From: Thermoproteota archaeon
Lineage (GTDB): Archaea > Asgardarchaeota > Njordarchaeia > Njordarchaeales > Panguiarchaeaceae
Assembly: GCA_024720975.1 (NCBI GenBank)
Contig: JANJXX010000001.1
Span: forward strand, 159,408 to 223,407
Length of the DNA stretch: 64,000 nt
Direction of reading: 5' to 3'
The notes beneath the pieces were generated by a model. It worked only from the letters and a program-made list of their open reading frames with translations. It searched no databases and was not told where the DNA came from. How positions within the stretch are numbered: the stretch's first letter is position 1; each line of letters begins with the position of its first letter. Below are positions 10,215 through 21,500 of this stretch, in pieces. Position numbers and translations under genes: made by a program.

Positions 10215-10856
10215 CTAGGCTGACAAGGCTTCTACGAGCTTTTTTGCGAAGATTGGCATGTCCTTAATAAAGTTTATTGCCTTTTCAGAATCCGTTCCTC
10301 GATACGTAATGTCTATTTTGAGCCGAGAGCTCTCCTGGAATGGTACTAGAACTGGGGATACATTTACAACTATGAATTCGTGGGGGGCCGCTGGTATCCC
10401 TCTATAGAACGCTACGCCAAGTGGCCTTACATCCTGACCCAAATGGACATTAATTTTATTCAAGATGGAATCCTTAATTATCCTGCCCGGTAGATTCTCT
10501 GCTGCTTTCATTATGTAAATAAGCTCGTAGATACCCGTAATATCGACCTGCACATATTCTACGTAATCTCTCATCATGTTTTCGTATATATCATATGCTA
10601 GTGCAATTAGCTCAAGAGCATAGTTTAAGTCTTTAGAGTCAACTACGAATCCCTTTCTAGAGACAACTATTACATCACGAAGATACTTGGGTTCTGTCAT
10701 CACATACTCTTTCAGAGGTCCTTCTGGTGTAGGTATTATGCGCTCGCTTTCCCTGAATTTTCTTTCAAGGAGTTTTGCCCTAAAACGCTCAAAGTTAAGT
10801 TCTGGGCCCATTCTTATTATGTGCTTATATATTATTGCCACGCGCTCAATCATCAC
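10215..10856 (-). CDS. Hypothetical protein
   Basis: 213-aa ORF with typical soluble alpha/beta composition. No motif recognised. Confidence 0.7.
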   Translation of the reverse strand: MMIERVAIIYKHIIRMGPELNFERFRAKLLERKFRESERIIPTPEGPLKEYVMTEPKYLRDVIVVSRKGFVVDSKDLNYALELIALAYDIYENMMRDYVEYVQVDITGIYELIYIMKAAENLPGRIIKDSILNKINVHLGQDVRPLGVAFYRGIPAAPHEFIVVNVSPVLVPFQESSRLKIDITYRGTDSEKAINFIKDMPIFAKKLVEALSA

Positions 10857-10921
10857 ATACCACTCTGCAATTTATCTGGGGAAATTTAGTCTCGGAGAAT
10901 CCTACATTCCCTGCTAATTGT

Positions 10922-11971
10922 TTAAAGCTCGCTTTGAAACACATTAGATAAAATCTTCTTATTAATGTTCAGGTAGAGGACACAACCAAACTCCATACTG
11001 AGTAGCTTGAAGACTTCTAAAAGAAATTCTGGGAGCATTTCTATTGACAACTTAGCACCTGCTGCGCATTTGTGTCCGCCTCCACCGAAGAGACTTAGAA
11101 ATTGACCAGCATTAATATTTGCTTTCCTCACTCTCATCGATATTCTCGCTGACTGCTTGCCTATATCAGTAGCTAAAGACGGGCAGTATATATCATTTTC
11201 ATGAATGGTATTTATCAGTACTATTGCTTGTCCTCCAGCCTCTAGAAAATCATGGAGGATATCATTAATGCATACTCTCGGAATACCAGACTCTACGTGA
11301 AGCACAACAGCCCTACTATCTCGCTTTTTAATAGTCTCATCGATAATATAACTAGAGAACTTACTACATTTTTCGAGAAGAGGTTCAAGCCTAGACACCT
11401 GACTCCTAAGCCAGAAATCTTTGAGGAACTCGTCTCCATACTTAGCTATTGCAAGTGCGATTTTCATGAGAGCATCTGGATCCCTGGAATGACACTTGAT
11501 TACTTTGTCAATCAAGTAAATCTCTTCCGTAAACTCATTTAGGTCCGCTAGGTTTGCAATGTTGGTGATTTTTCTTATGTGATCGTCGTTCTCCAGATTG
11601 AAATATTTAGCTAGTAACTCCGTTGCTGAAGGTGCATTTGGATCCACAAGATCCTTCTCCTCCAGCAGATTATACTTAGAAAGATACTCATAATTGGTCT
11701 CATGATGATCTATGTTTATAGCATTTCCAATTTTGGGTAAGTCCACGACGAGGTCATATATAGCTGGCGCTTTTTTAGCCTCAGTAACCGACAGGAAGTC
11801 TATCTTTATTGATTGCGAGAGTAGTAGAAGAATTGCAGCTGAACAAATTCCATCTAAGTCGCCGGAGTGAACAGCCACTCTTTTTATGTTTTCTAGTATC
11901 CTTCTGGCTTTTTCGCTGACAATAACACGCGGTATTGATTCCGGCTCTATCTGATCACACATACTCGACAC
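10922..11971 (-). CDS. DHH/DHHA1 family phosphoesterase
   Basis: HSGDLDGICSA, VVDLP, IDHH, C-terminal ISMR..GGGGHKCAAG. Confidence 0.88.
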   Translation of the reverse strand: MSSMCDQIEPESIPRVIVSEKARRILENIKRVAVHSGDLDGICSAAILLLLSQSIKIDFLSVTEAKKAPAIYDLVVDLPKIGNAINIDHHETNYEYLSKYNLLEEKDLVDPNAPSATELLAKYFNLENDDHIRKITNIANLADLNEFTEEIYLIDKVIKCHSRDPDALMKIALAIAKYGDEFLKDFWLRSQVSRLEPLLEKCSKFSSYIIDETIKKRDSRAVVLHVESGIPRVCINDILHDFLEAGGQAIVLINTIHENDIYCPSLATDIGKQSARISMRVRKANINAGQFLSLFGGGGHKCAAGAKLSIEMLPEFLLEVFKLLSMEFGCVLYLNINKKILSNVFQSEL

Positions 11972-11984
11972 AAAAGATAGATAA

Positions 11985-12653
11985 CTAGAATTCGTACTTT
12001 TCTCCAGGCTTTAAAACTACAAGCCTTGTTGAAACACCTAGCGTTTTTAAGTATTTTTCAAACTCCTCCGGCGATCCAGATATTACAGGGAAAGTACCAT
12101 AATGCATAGGAATAACAACTTTGGGGTTTATCATTTTCGTTGCCCATGCCGCCTCATACGGACCCATCGTAAAATGTCCGCCAATAGGTAATAGGGCTAT
12201 ATCAATGCTATACATCTTTCCTATGAGTTCCATTGTTGCAAATACGCCTGTATCGCCTGCATGGTAAATGGAAGCCTCGGAGCCCCTAATAATAACACCA
12301 GTAGGACTACCAGCAGTTGAAGAATGCACAGCGGGTGTTAATATAATCGTCAGATCCTTTGCCTTTATCGGGCCTCCAATGTTTGCTCCAATACTATCAA
12401 TTCCCTGCCCACGCATTTCATTTGCTAATTCAAATGTTGTCACCACGGAGGAATTAAATTTCTTTGCTATTTCTACGGTTTCTCCCAAGTGGTCATTGTG
12501 GTCATGAGTCACGATTATTAGATCTATCTTTGGTAGTTCGTTTATATATTTGAGTGGAGACTTAGGATTTTTTATCCAGGGATCTATGAGAACTACTTTA
12601 TCATCCACTTTTATCTCAAACGCCGCATGACCATACCACTTCACGTAACCCAT
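11985..12653 (-). CDS. Metal-dependent hydrolase, metallo-beta-lactamase fold (UPF0173-like)
   Basis: WYGHAAF, IDPW, THDHNDH, YHAGDT, LPIGG, IPMHYGTF. Start reassigned to the ATG 8 nt after GGTG. Confidence 0.9.
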   Translation of the reverse strand: MGYVKWYGHAAFEIKVDDKVVLIDPWIKNPKSPLKYINELPKIDLIIVTHDHNDHLGETVEIAKKFNSSVVTTFELANEMRGQGIDSIGANIGGPIKAKDLTIILTPAVHSSTAGSPTGVIIRGSEASIYHAGDTGVFATMELIGKMYSIDIALLPIGGHFTMGPYEAAWATKMINPKVVIPMHYGTFPVISGSPEEFEKYLKTLGVSTRLVVLKPGEKYEF

Positions 12654-12815
12654 ACTTCCATCACCATCACTACTCATTTTATTTAGTATATAACTCGGGA
12701 AGTGGTCAACAACATTAGTCTCCGTTCATACAAGAAATCTCTCAACTGACTAAAAAGACGATAGCAAGAACATGCTAAAAAAGAATCATATAATCATTCG
12801 GAAGATTAGAAAGAA

Positions 12816-13820
12816 TTATGCGGCTTTTTCTTCAGCAAATAGCCAACAATATACCCAGCGATCGCGCTCGACTTGGGTCATTGGGGGTTCTTTCCTTCTA
12901 CACACATCCATTGCCCATGGACATCTAGGCCAGAATCTACAACCACTTGGAATAAAGATGGGGCTTGGTATTTCACCTTTTAGTATGATTCTTTCTCTCT
13001 TAACAGTAGGGTCAGGCACGGGCGTCGCGCTTATTAATGCCTTACTGTAGGGATTCAGCGGTTCAAGTAGCACTCTCCTTGTTGGACCCATCTCAAATAT
13101 TTTTCCTAAGTACATTACAGCGATTCTATCTGCAACGTATCCTGCTGTCGCTAAGTCATGCGTTATGTAAAGAATTGTTGTATTCCTCCTCCTTCTTGCC
13201 CTCTCTAGAATTCCAAGAATGGAGGCCCTCATCGATACATCAACCATCGATACTGGCTCATCAGCAACTATAAATTCAGGATCTACAATTAATGCCTTCG
13301 CTACAACAACCCTTTGTCTCTGACCCCCCGAGATCTCTATGGGGTGTTTGTGTAGAAATTCCTCCACAGGAACTAAGTTAACCTCCTGCAGTGCCTTTAT
13401 TACTTTCTCTAATCTCTTATCAGCATCCGAATCTGTAAGGAATATCAGAGGCTCCTCTAGGATCTCCTTCAGGGTCATCTTCGGGTTTAGTGCTCCATAT
13501 GGATCCTGCCATACTACTTGTAACTCCCTCCTAAATGGTTTCAACTCGGCCTCCGTCATAGCTGCAAGATTCCAAGTGTTCTTGTATATTATACGCCCAC
13601 TTGTCGGTGTTTCCAACCTTATTAGAAGCCTTCCAGTTGTTGTTTTACCCGAACCACTCTCGCCTACTAATGCGAAAATTTCCCTCCTCCTTATATCAAA
13701 GCTAATTCCATCTACTGCTCTAACGTATAGTTTTTCTCTTCTTCTCAGGACATCGAATATAGTTCTTCTCACAGGAAACCATTTGACTAGGTTCTCCACT
13801 TTAAATATTAGTTCCGACAT
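12816..13820 (-). CDS. oppF: Oligopeptide ABC transporter ATP-binding subunit (OppF/DppF-like)
   Basis: GESGSGKT, ISGGQRQR, ADEPVSM, C-terminal PSGCRFWPRCP oligo_HPY domain. Confidence 0.92.
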   Translation of the reverse strand: MSELIFKVENLVKWFPVRRTIFDVLRRREKLYVRAVDGISFDIRRREIFALVGESGSGKTTTGRLLIRLETPTSGRIIYKNTWNLAAMTEAELKPFRRELQVVWQDPYGALNPKMTLKEILEEPLIFLTDSDADKRLEKVIKALQEVNLVPVEEFLHKHPIEISGGQRQRVVVAKALIVDPEFIVADEPVSMVDVSMRASILGILERARRRRNTTILYITHDLATAGYVADRIAVMYLGKIFEMGPTRRVLLEPLNPYSKALISATPVPDPTVKRERIILKGEIPSPIFIPSGCRFWPRCPWAMDVCRRKEPPMTQVERDRWVYCWLFAEEKAA

Positions 13821-13864
13821 CTTTTACCCCTCAGTATAGCATAAATTCCCTTTAAAAGATTATG

Positions 13865-14521
13865 CTAGACTTCTAGTCTGCGCCTCCAGAAAAGCATCCC
13901 TATCAACACAAATCCAAGGAACACCAACAATGAGTGAAATCCGCCTGAAAGTATTAGCGAAGCTCCTATAAAATGCGATTTTGGATTCATCAGTCCTTCT
14001 ATCAAAGCTACTAAAGCCCCCAGTTTACCTATAGAAACCAGCGAGAATCCGAACAACTGATACGCACCCCTCTCACTTTTGATCGCTGAATACATGCCCG
14101 TAAAACCAAATACCATAGGTACCGCTAGTAAGATTAGTTGAAATCCTCTAATTTCAGAAACTATCCTTAGCACCATTAGAGTTGTCTTCCCAAATGTGTC
14201 AAGAAGGCGCATTGGAATAATTAAATTCACTACCCCGGCAATAAAACCTAGTAGACACACAATTGATCCTATATGAGCGAATCCTTTTTTACCCATTAAA
14301 TAAAATCCAGTGCTTATAACGAAGTACAATACTCCGAGGAGTACAAATACAACCACCGTCAACATTAAAGCACTTTCTATGGGTTTAGGACTCAGCCAAT
14401 AATCTAGGTCATCTAGTGTCTTGTTAAGCATCGAGAGGCAGAAGGTTTCTATTATTGCTATGAAGAAAGCTGCTATACTTGAAGCCATAAAGGCTATCGC
14501 GCTGCGATTCAAGACTATCAT
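13865..14521 (-). CDS. Hypothetical multi-pass membrane protein
   Basis: About 6 hydrophobic segments; GGTG RBS 7 nt upstream of the ATG. Confidence 0.7.
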   Translation of the reverse strand: MIVLNRSAIAFMASSIAAFFIAIIETFCLSMLNKTLDDLDYWLSPKPIESALMLTVVVFVLLGVLYFVISTGFYLMGKKGFAHIGSIVCLLGFIAGVVNLIIPMRLLDTFGKTTLMVLRIVSEIRGFQLILLAVPMVFGFTGMYSAIKSERGAYQLFGFSLVSIGKLGALVALIEGLMNPKSHFIGASLILSGGFHSLLVFLGFVLIGMLFWRRRLEV

Positions 14522-14800
14522 CTACGTTCACCCGGAGATGTAAATTACGATAAAACAATTATATATTGATAATATATTCAGGAGGCACCTAAGCGACGAT
14601 CTTTGGACTATACTAAAACCCATTAAAGAAAACTACCATCCTTTGTTATGTCCATGAAAAATGAACAATAACCAAGTAAACTTAGCTGGTTAGATAGTAC
14701 CGAGGAGAGGGATCTTCGCCCAAAAGCCTCTGTAACAAGTTAATTAGAGGAACCTAGCTAGAGTTATTCTTAAGCAAACACATTATAACAAGCTCTGGAC

Positions 14801-15136
14801 TTATTCTTCACCGCCGGCAATGTCTTCTCCTGATGACGTATCATCCCTCCGAGATTCAGCAGTACTCTTTTTCAGTCTCTCCTTGATTTTTTCCTCAAGT
14901 TCTACTTCCTGAAATCTTGCAGCTATTGCACCATATGTTGCTAGTCGCGCCGTTATAGGAATCAATGCCAACGTTGAACTGAGAAATATCAACAAACCCC
15001 ATATGAGCAAACCATAAATGCCAAATGACATTCCGAAGTACGCCATTATGCCGCCAGATGCCATCATTATCAACACGAATAAGAGCCCCCTCTTCCTATA
15101 AGTGAGTCGAGGTCCGGATTCAGAATCAGAAGTCAT
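14801..15136 (-). CDS. Small membrane protein
   Basis: Two hydrophobic helices followed by a charged tail. Confidence 0.6.
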   Translation of the reverse strand: MTSDSESGPRLTYRKRGLLFVLIMMASGGIMAYFGMSFGIYGLLIWGLLIFLSSTLALIPITARLATYGAIAARFQEVELEEKIKERLKKSTAESRRDDTSSGEDIAGGEE

Positions 15137-15194
15137 TATACTTACGCCTCAAGAAAGAAAAAATTAAAGTGAGGAAAAATGATTAAAAGAGAAG

Positions 15195-18100
15195 CTATGC
15201 TCTTCTGCGCATTATAACTATTGCTGCAATTACTCCTATTATCACTACTACAGCGAGAAGCACATAGTTCGGTATTGTTGGCACTCTTGATACAGGTATG
15301 ACTCCCTCCTCGGATGGACTCCACATGGCCTCCTTTAGAGGTTTCTCAAAGGTATCACTTGTGAATGTACCCCAGACTTCCTCGGGGTCCATTGGATCGC
15401 CGATCTCCTCCCTCTCAGGTGGCGTATTATCTACACCCCACCAGTTATAAGATGCATTGATAGTTATGTTAGCCGTTGAGTAAATGCCGTGCATCCTGTT
15501 TGAGTATATACTGCAGTAGTGTACCTCGACTGCAGTCACATTTCCTGTCACTGATATTCCATGCTCTGCACTCATTAAGATTACTGAATTCATTACTTCT
15601 AGTTTACCGCCTGTAAAACCGATGATTACGATACCGAATCCATTCTGGTAGAATTGAGTCTTGTTGACGAATACCTCTGAGTCCTCGGCAAGAATACCGT
15701 TTGCTGAATATCTTATGTCTCCACTTTCAACCGTTACCTTTGATCCTACCCTTGCAAGCACGCCTCTCTCAGCATGGAAGATCTTGCTACCTCTGATCGT
15801 GACATTTGACCCAGCCGTGTAAACCCCATATTTGACACTATCAATTGACACCTTATCCACGATTATATTGCCTGAGAAGGCTATCGTTATAGCAGCAGTA
15901 ACATCAAGGAACTTCAGCCCGCTTATAGTTATATTACTCGTACCTGCCAGGATTATCGCTGCATACTCCTCAGTTATTTGTTTGTTCGTCTCATTCACTA
16001 AGTACAATATGTCCTTTCCATTAACCTTATTACCCTCAATCTTATGCGTTGAGAAGTGCTTGAGCTCAGTACCAATGAAAACTGGCGATAGACCCGTCAT
16101 AGTATTGTTTACTAGCGTTACATTCTCCATGCCGACGAAGTATATTGGGAACTCTATCGTTTTCTCAAACGAACAACCAATTATCTTCACATTTGCTGAA
16201 TATGAAGCATCAATGTTAAACTCCCTGATGTTCTTAAACACACATCCCTCGATCAATATCTCGCCTCCAACACCGGATCCACCGCCTATTCCCATAGCTC
16301 TCGTGTTATCCTTGAAAACACAGTTCCTTACCACAGCATTCTTGACGCTCTGCAAGACTAGGGCTGTATCGAAGCCAAATAACGTGACGTTCTCTATGTA
16401 TACTGAGTCTTGGTTGCATGTAAGTCCATAGAAGTATGTTTCCCCACCAATAATGCTATTTGTAATATTGTACACACCTGGGACCGCAGGAGTATATGGC
16501 ATTGAGACAAGTACAATCACTGAACCTCCATATGCGTACATCAAAACTTTAGAGTTGTCAATTATCACAGTACCTCCTCGCATGTAAACCATTGTATATA
16601 TGAGTGAAACGCCAAAGCACCGGGCGAGCACATATGAGTTAAGTAATTTGAATGTACCAAGGAATGGATAGGCGAAGGCATATATTGTTGATGCACCATC
16701 ACACTTTATGTCTATGGTTGAGTTACCAAATACAACTGGTTTTCCGTATGCGAGTGCGAAGTAGTATATGAAAGATTCTTCATAACATTCGACGTTCAGG
16801 ACCGATGTTGTAAATTCGACTGTTCCGGCACCACGTCCATATATGAAGTAGTATACGAATGCGAAGCCTCTTAGCTTGGTATTAACAATCACATTCTTGA
16901 AAGATATGCTGCCTGGGTAAGCGTAAAATGGTATTATAAGATATGACTCGTACTCAACGTCACCTCCATATCCGTAGGCATCTATAAGTATCTCAGTACC
17001 ATCAAAGTTAACTGTACCGGCGGCTCCGTATATGAATACTATCGAAGCCCATGACGTTCCCTCGTATGGGTGGAATTTGATGATACCACCAATTACGTTT
17101 ATTGTCGCTAAGTAGGGAGCTATAATGTCTCCTGAAGAAAGTCCGTAGGTCCACATTTCTATTTGTGGATTCTCTAGAGTCACGGTTGCTGTGTCTACCG
17201 CTAGACCGTTAACATACGATTCGTTGTAGGCTTTGACGATCATATTTATGCCAGTCATTGTGCCGTCTGTCCCATATAAGGTGATACCGCAAAGCATTGC
17301 AGCTCCATAGGCTTCTCCATCAAAGTTTACATTCTCTAGAGTTATAGTTGCTGTGTCTATAATCAAGCCATAAGCAGCTGATGATTCGTAGGCTTTGACG
17401 ATCATATTTATGCCAGTCACCGTGCCGTCTGTCCCATACAGGTAGATACCGTAAAGCGTTGCGCTTCCATAGACTTCTCCATCGAAGTTTATATTTGCGA
17501 TGTTAACCATTGAATTTTCTGCTGTAAAACAGATAATATCGCTGTAGGCTTTAGCGGTTATAACTACATCATTTACTGTTACCTCGGAGTACATTGCATA
17601 GAGTGGTGTATCAATGAGCTTGGAGTTCTTAATTGTTAGGGTTGCTCTCACTCCTATATCCTCATAGTTGTGGCCGGTGGAGAAGTCAGTACAGCCGACT
17701 ATTTCTCCTCCTTCTACAGTGATTGTAGTGTTGGCTTCTGCCTCTATAATGTATGTCGGTGTTTGATCATATGTTATTTTGGAGTTGACTATCTTGACAA
17801 TGCTTCCATTCTTTGCAATTATTCCACTAGTCCCATTGAATATTACATTTGCATCAACTATTGTCAGGTTGCCATATACCTCGAATCCAGTATCAGTGTA
17901 TGTCTGATTACCAGTAATTATTGTTGTGTTACCTGCAGGAATCACTATGGTGTTGGGGAATGGACTCGTTAGACCCTTTGGTTCTGTCGGCGGATTTGGT
18001 TTTGATAGGCGTCCAATTGGGGCTTGCTCAATCTTGGTATCAAGGTCATCGAGGTTTCTTAGTTTTGGAAGAGGTATTTCCCTTGGTGCTTTAGTGGAGT

Positions 18101-18251
18101 ATAATGCACTTTCTGTGTTGATTGGTTCATGTGTGATTGTTGTTGGAATTGTTTTCTCTGGTGTGTTATATGTGGCTGCAACCGTTTGTAGGGGCATCAA
18201 TACTAAGGCCACGAGCAGTGATAATGCTAGAATGCGTACTTTATTATTCAT
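15195..18251 (-). CDS. Membrane-anchored right-handed parallel beta-helix (NosD/CASH-like) surface protein
   Basis: Signal peptide; NxT-rich beta repeats; NKVNGKDILYL and INASYNWWG motifs typical of archaeal beta-helix proteins; C-terminal TM followed by RRR. Confidence 0.85.
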   Translation of the reverse strand: MNNKVRILALSLLVALVLMPLQTVAATYNTPEKTIPTTITHEPINTESALYSTKAPREIPLPKLRNLDDLDTKIEQAPIGRLSKPNPPTEPKGLTSPFPNTIVIPAGNTTIITGNQTYTDTGFEVYGNLTIVDANVIFNGTSGIIAKNGSIVKIVNSKITYDQTPTYIIEAEANTTITVEGGEIVGCTDFSTGHNYEDIGVRATLTIKNSKLIDTPLYAMYSEVTVNDVVITAKAYSDIICFTAENSMVNIANINFDGEVYGSATLYGIYLYGTDGTVTGINMIVKAYESSAAYGLIIDTATITLENVNFDGEAYGAAMLCGITLYGTDGTMTGINMIVKAYNESYVNGLAVDTATVTLENPQIEMWTYGLSSGDIIAPYLATINVIGGIIKFHPYEGTSWASIVFIYGAAGTVNFDGTEILIDAYGYGGDVEYESYLIIPFYAYPGSISFKNVIVNTKLRGFAFVYYFIYGRGAGTVEFTTSVLNVECYEESFIYYFALAYGKPVVFGNSTIDIKCDGASTIYAFAYPFLGTFKLLNSYVLARCFGVSLIYTMVYMRGGTVIIDNSKVLMYAYGGSVIVLVSMPYTPAVPGVYNITNSIIGGETYFYGLTCNQDSVYIENVTLFGFDTALVLQSVKNAVVRNCVFKDNTRAMGIGGGSGVGGEILIEGCVFKNIREFNIDASYSANVKIIGCSFEKTIEFPIYFVGMENVTLVNNTMTGLSPVFIGTELKHFSTHKIEGNKVNGKDILYLVNETNKQITEEYAAIILAGTSNITISGLKFLDVTAAITIAFSGNIIVDKVSIDSVKYGVYTAGSNVTIRGSKIFHAERGVLARVGSKVTVESGDIRYSANGILAEDSEVFVNKTQFYQNGFGIVIIGFTGGKLEVMNSVILMSAEHGISVTGNVTAVEVHYCSIYSNRMHGIYSTANITINASYNWWGVDNTPPEREEIGDPMDPEEVWGTFTSDTFEKPLKEAMWSPSEEGVIPVSRVPTIPNYVLLAVVVIIGVIAAIVIMRRRA
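17170..17495. repeat. 162-bp in-frame tandem duplication within the beta-helix gene
   Basis: GTAGGCTTTGACGATCATATTTATGCCAGTCA occurs at 17226 and 17388 (offset 162). Flanking similarity continues (TTCTCTAGAG..GTTGCTGTGTCTA and GTGCCGTCTGTCCCATA). Confidence 0.9.
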
Positions 18252-18591
18252 GATAAATCCCCCCTAAGTTCGCTTTCTGTATAAAGGCTGTAAAACGGAC
18301 TTAATAATGACGATATATACCTTCTATATGCTCATTTTCGTGGCTTGATTCGAGTTAATTATGCGTTTTTATGACCAAATTTAAGTTGATATTATCTGAT
18401 ATATAGCTTCAGTTAGTTCACTGCTAAATATCTAACTTGGAGGAACTGCGTTTTCAGATGGATAATAAGAAGTCGCTGAGAAATGGTGATTATTAAAAGT
18501 AGTGTTTATAATCGTGCGTCTTCATTTAACGGATTATCAGCGCCTTTCTTCTTATAAAAAAGTTAAAGGAAAAATGAGCATCTTGTTTCGC

Positions 18592-21500
18592 TCAACTTGC
18601 TGGTTTCCTGGGTTTCTTAAGTATCTTTAGCATTACAAGCGCAGCTACTGCAACAACTGCTGCGGCGGCTATAGCAATGATATGTGCCGGGATTGGATAC
18701 ACATTGTTTATCGTCACTTGAACGATAGCAATACCCTTATTGCCGGCTTTGTCGTGGGCCTCTACTTTCACTATGTACTTTCCGTTCTTGTACGTTGTCG
18801 TATCTAGCTGTATTGTCAATTTAGACTCCGTTGTTTTTGCGAGCACTGTGCCATCTATATATACTGTCACATTTTGTATAAGCATGTTATCGCTTATTGA
18901 TACATTGAATGTAACATTTCCACGAAGTATACTGCCATTAGTTATTCCCTGTATTGTTATCTTTGGAGCTGTATTGTCGAAGTATACTGTTATGTTCTTC
19001 CAACCTATATTTCCGACGTTATCTGTAGATTTGATGCTAATGACATGTGCTCCATCTGGGTACTTTGTTGTGTCGAGTTTAAACATATACTGAGAAGCAG
19101 CAATTGTTTGTCTGTGATAGTTGTTGACGTAGAGCGATATGGATGAGACTCCTGAGAGCGCGTCTGATGCCCTCACGGATATTCCGATTGTTCCTCTCAG
19201 GTATTCGCCTTCGGTAGGTGCTAGTATTGTTATTGTAGGGGGCTCATCATCGATGTAGACTTTGAGTATTTTCTCCTCTTGTCCTAGTTTTCCAAAGAGG
19301 TCTTCAACGCGGACGCTGATTGTGACTGATATTACCTTGTATCCGCTACTGTACATTTGCATTATTAGTGAATTGGGTATTTCGATATCTAATTTGTAGG
19401 AGAACATATCTATCATTGACGTTTTGATGCTGTATTCTGAGATGTTTAGTGCGAGGTATAGAGATGTTATATTCACCGCTGTATCATCAAGTAGTTTGAG
19501 ACTTGTTTTTACTGATGCATTAGGACCTATAACAATATTGTCTGGTTCGAGGATTGTTGTCGGTGGTGAGAAGTCTCTCATTATCGTTCCAGCTCTTACT
19601 ACGTAATACGTTGTTCCGCTAACTTCAAAGCTTGCCTTGACTTTAATCATCAGCTGGCTTGTTGTAATTGTTGAAATGTCTATTGTTGTTGTCCATTGCC
19701 CACTAATGGGGTCATAAGTAAATTCACCAGTAAGATTTTTATCCCCCGCTGATAATTCCCACGTAACACTCATGAGGGATGTTGAGTTCTTGGTTGTTAG
19801 GTTTAATGATGTCAGGCTTTTATCGATGAATATTGTTGATGAGCCATACTTAATGTACTCAGCATTAACTATTCTAATCTCATCGAGTATTTTACTCCAA
19901 TTTGCTGCCATTTCGATTATGTTCTTAGCAAACGTAGGAACGTATTGACTTCCAGGGTATTGACCACAAAATGCCCAATTGTCAAACATAAAGTTCGAAC
20001 CAAGAGCCATCACATAACCGCCTGCAAAGCCTTGATGGATTATTGCGAGTTTGTAGTCAGAATACTTAAGAAATGCCTCTGATGGGAAGCCCTTGTAGAC
20101 TAGAATACCATAGTACGGGAGATTGAGAACATCCTTGATTATTATGTGATTACCCTCAGTCTCCGCTGACACAACAGCGATAGCCCCATCCCAACTTAAA
20201 TTGTAGAGGTATGATCCAGTTGGTTTTAGGAGCTCATTTATGTTCGTTATGTTGTGATAGAAGGCGTCAAGCGCGAACGTTATTAAAGAGCCCCCATCCT
20301 TGATGAACTTGTATATAGATAATATCTCTTCCCACCAGATTCTTGTTGTTTGAAATTCGTAACCAGGAATTCTTCCGATCTCATCAAATATTGGTACTGC
20401 TGATACCGTATCTGGCATGAATAAGAGATCATATTTTGAAAGGATCTCAGAAGATAGCTTTGTACCAAACCCAAATGGTAAGGTGTCTATTGATGCACCA
20501 AGTTTTTCCCAGTTAGCAAATAGTAGCCTAAACTGTCCGTATTTTATATCGGTTGACCAGTCAGTGTGCTTTAAGTCAAGTAAAACCCTGAGTTTGGGTT
20601 TTTCAACGAGGAAGGATATTGGAATTCTCTTTTCTAGATTATAGGTCGTATCTCTAAAGATTATTTCTCCATTATAGAATCCTTCAGGGGTATCTTCTCG
20701 AACTGTAAAGTTGAATTCCCAGCACTTTGATGGTTCATCAACGCTTAATGATGTGCTTGAGTGCATAATTAATGCATTTGTGAAGTTTCCATAAAAGCTT
20801 ATGTTCATTGTTGTTGGTCTGCTAGTTATTATTGTAAAGTTCATGAATATTGTCTGTCTGTTGAATACTTTGTCAAAGTATGGGAAGTATGACTTATGCA
20901 GCTCTGCAGTAGAGTTACTTATACCTACTGGGACCTTTGTTGGTAGGATATAAATCCATTGTGGATAATCACTTCCGCTTATTGCTGAATTTTCAAGTAG
21001 GTTGAGCGCGTTCCTCATGCTAACTGCCCCAGCTCCTACAATTAGATCTTCATACTTGACTTTCTGGGAAGCATATGTACCGTTTAGAGGTATAGCTGTT
21101 ACCATCAGAACGGTTTTTACAATCCAGGGCATATCAGGTTTGCTAACATTGTGTTTCCTTAGGTAATCAACCAGCAAGGCTGCAAATCCAGCTACATGAG
21201 GCGATGAAAAGCTCGTGCCATGCCAGGCTGTGCCTGTGTATCCACCTTCTAGACTTAGGACTAATGTTCCAGACGGAGCAGCTATATCGGGTTTAACTGC
21301 GTATAGAATCGTGGGGCCAACTGAGGTGTATTCATTTCTAAGTGCTCCACTTCCTACGTAGTCTAGACCTGAATAATATGGATCAGTGGCTCCAACAGTT
21401 ATTGCCCAGGGAGCGTCCCCAGGATTTCCAACAGACATAGAACCAATTTGATTATCTCCTTCATTTCCTGCAGCGATGCACACAACAACACCGAGTTCTG

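Noticed and set aside
14522-14800. Longer intergenic gaps (also 18252-18591, 52857-53192, 55912-56079) as possible tRNA or ncRNA loci
   Set aside because: They are AT-rich with no cloverleaf, T-loop consensus or extended stems. Only short palindromes such as TCTACTAGTAGA (about 56015) are present.
17170-17495. Direct repeats as a possible CRISPR array or DGR template/variable pair
   Set aside because: There are only two in-frame 162-bp coding copies with no spacers. Differences are not adenine-specific, and no cas or reverse transcriptase gene is present.
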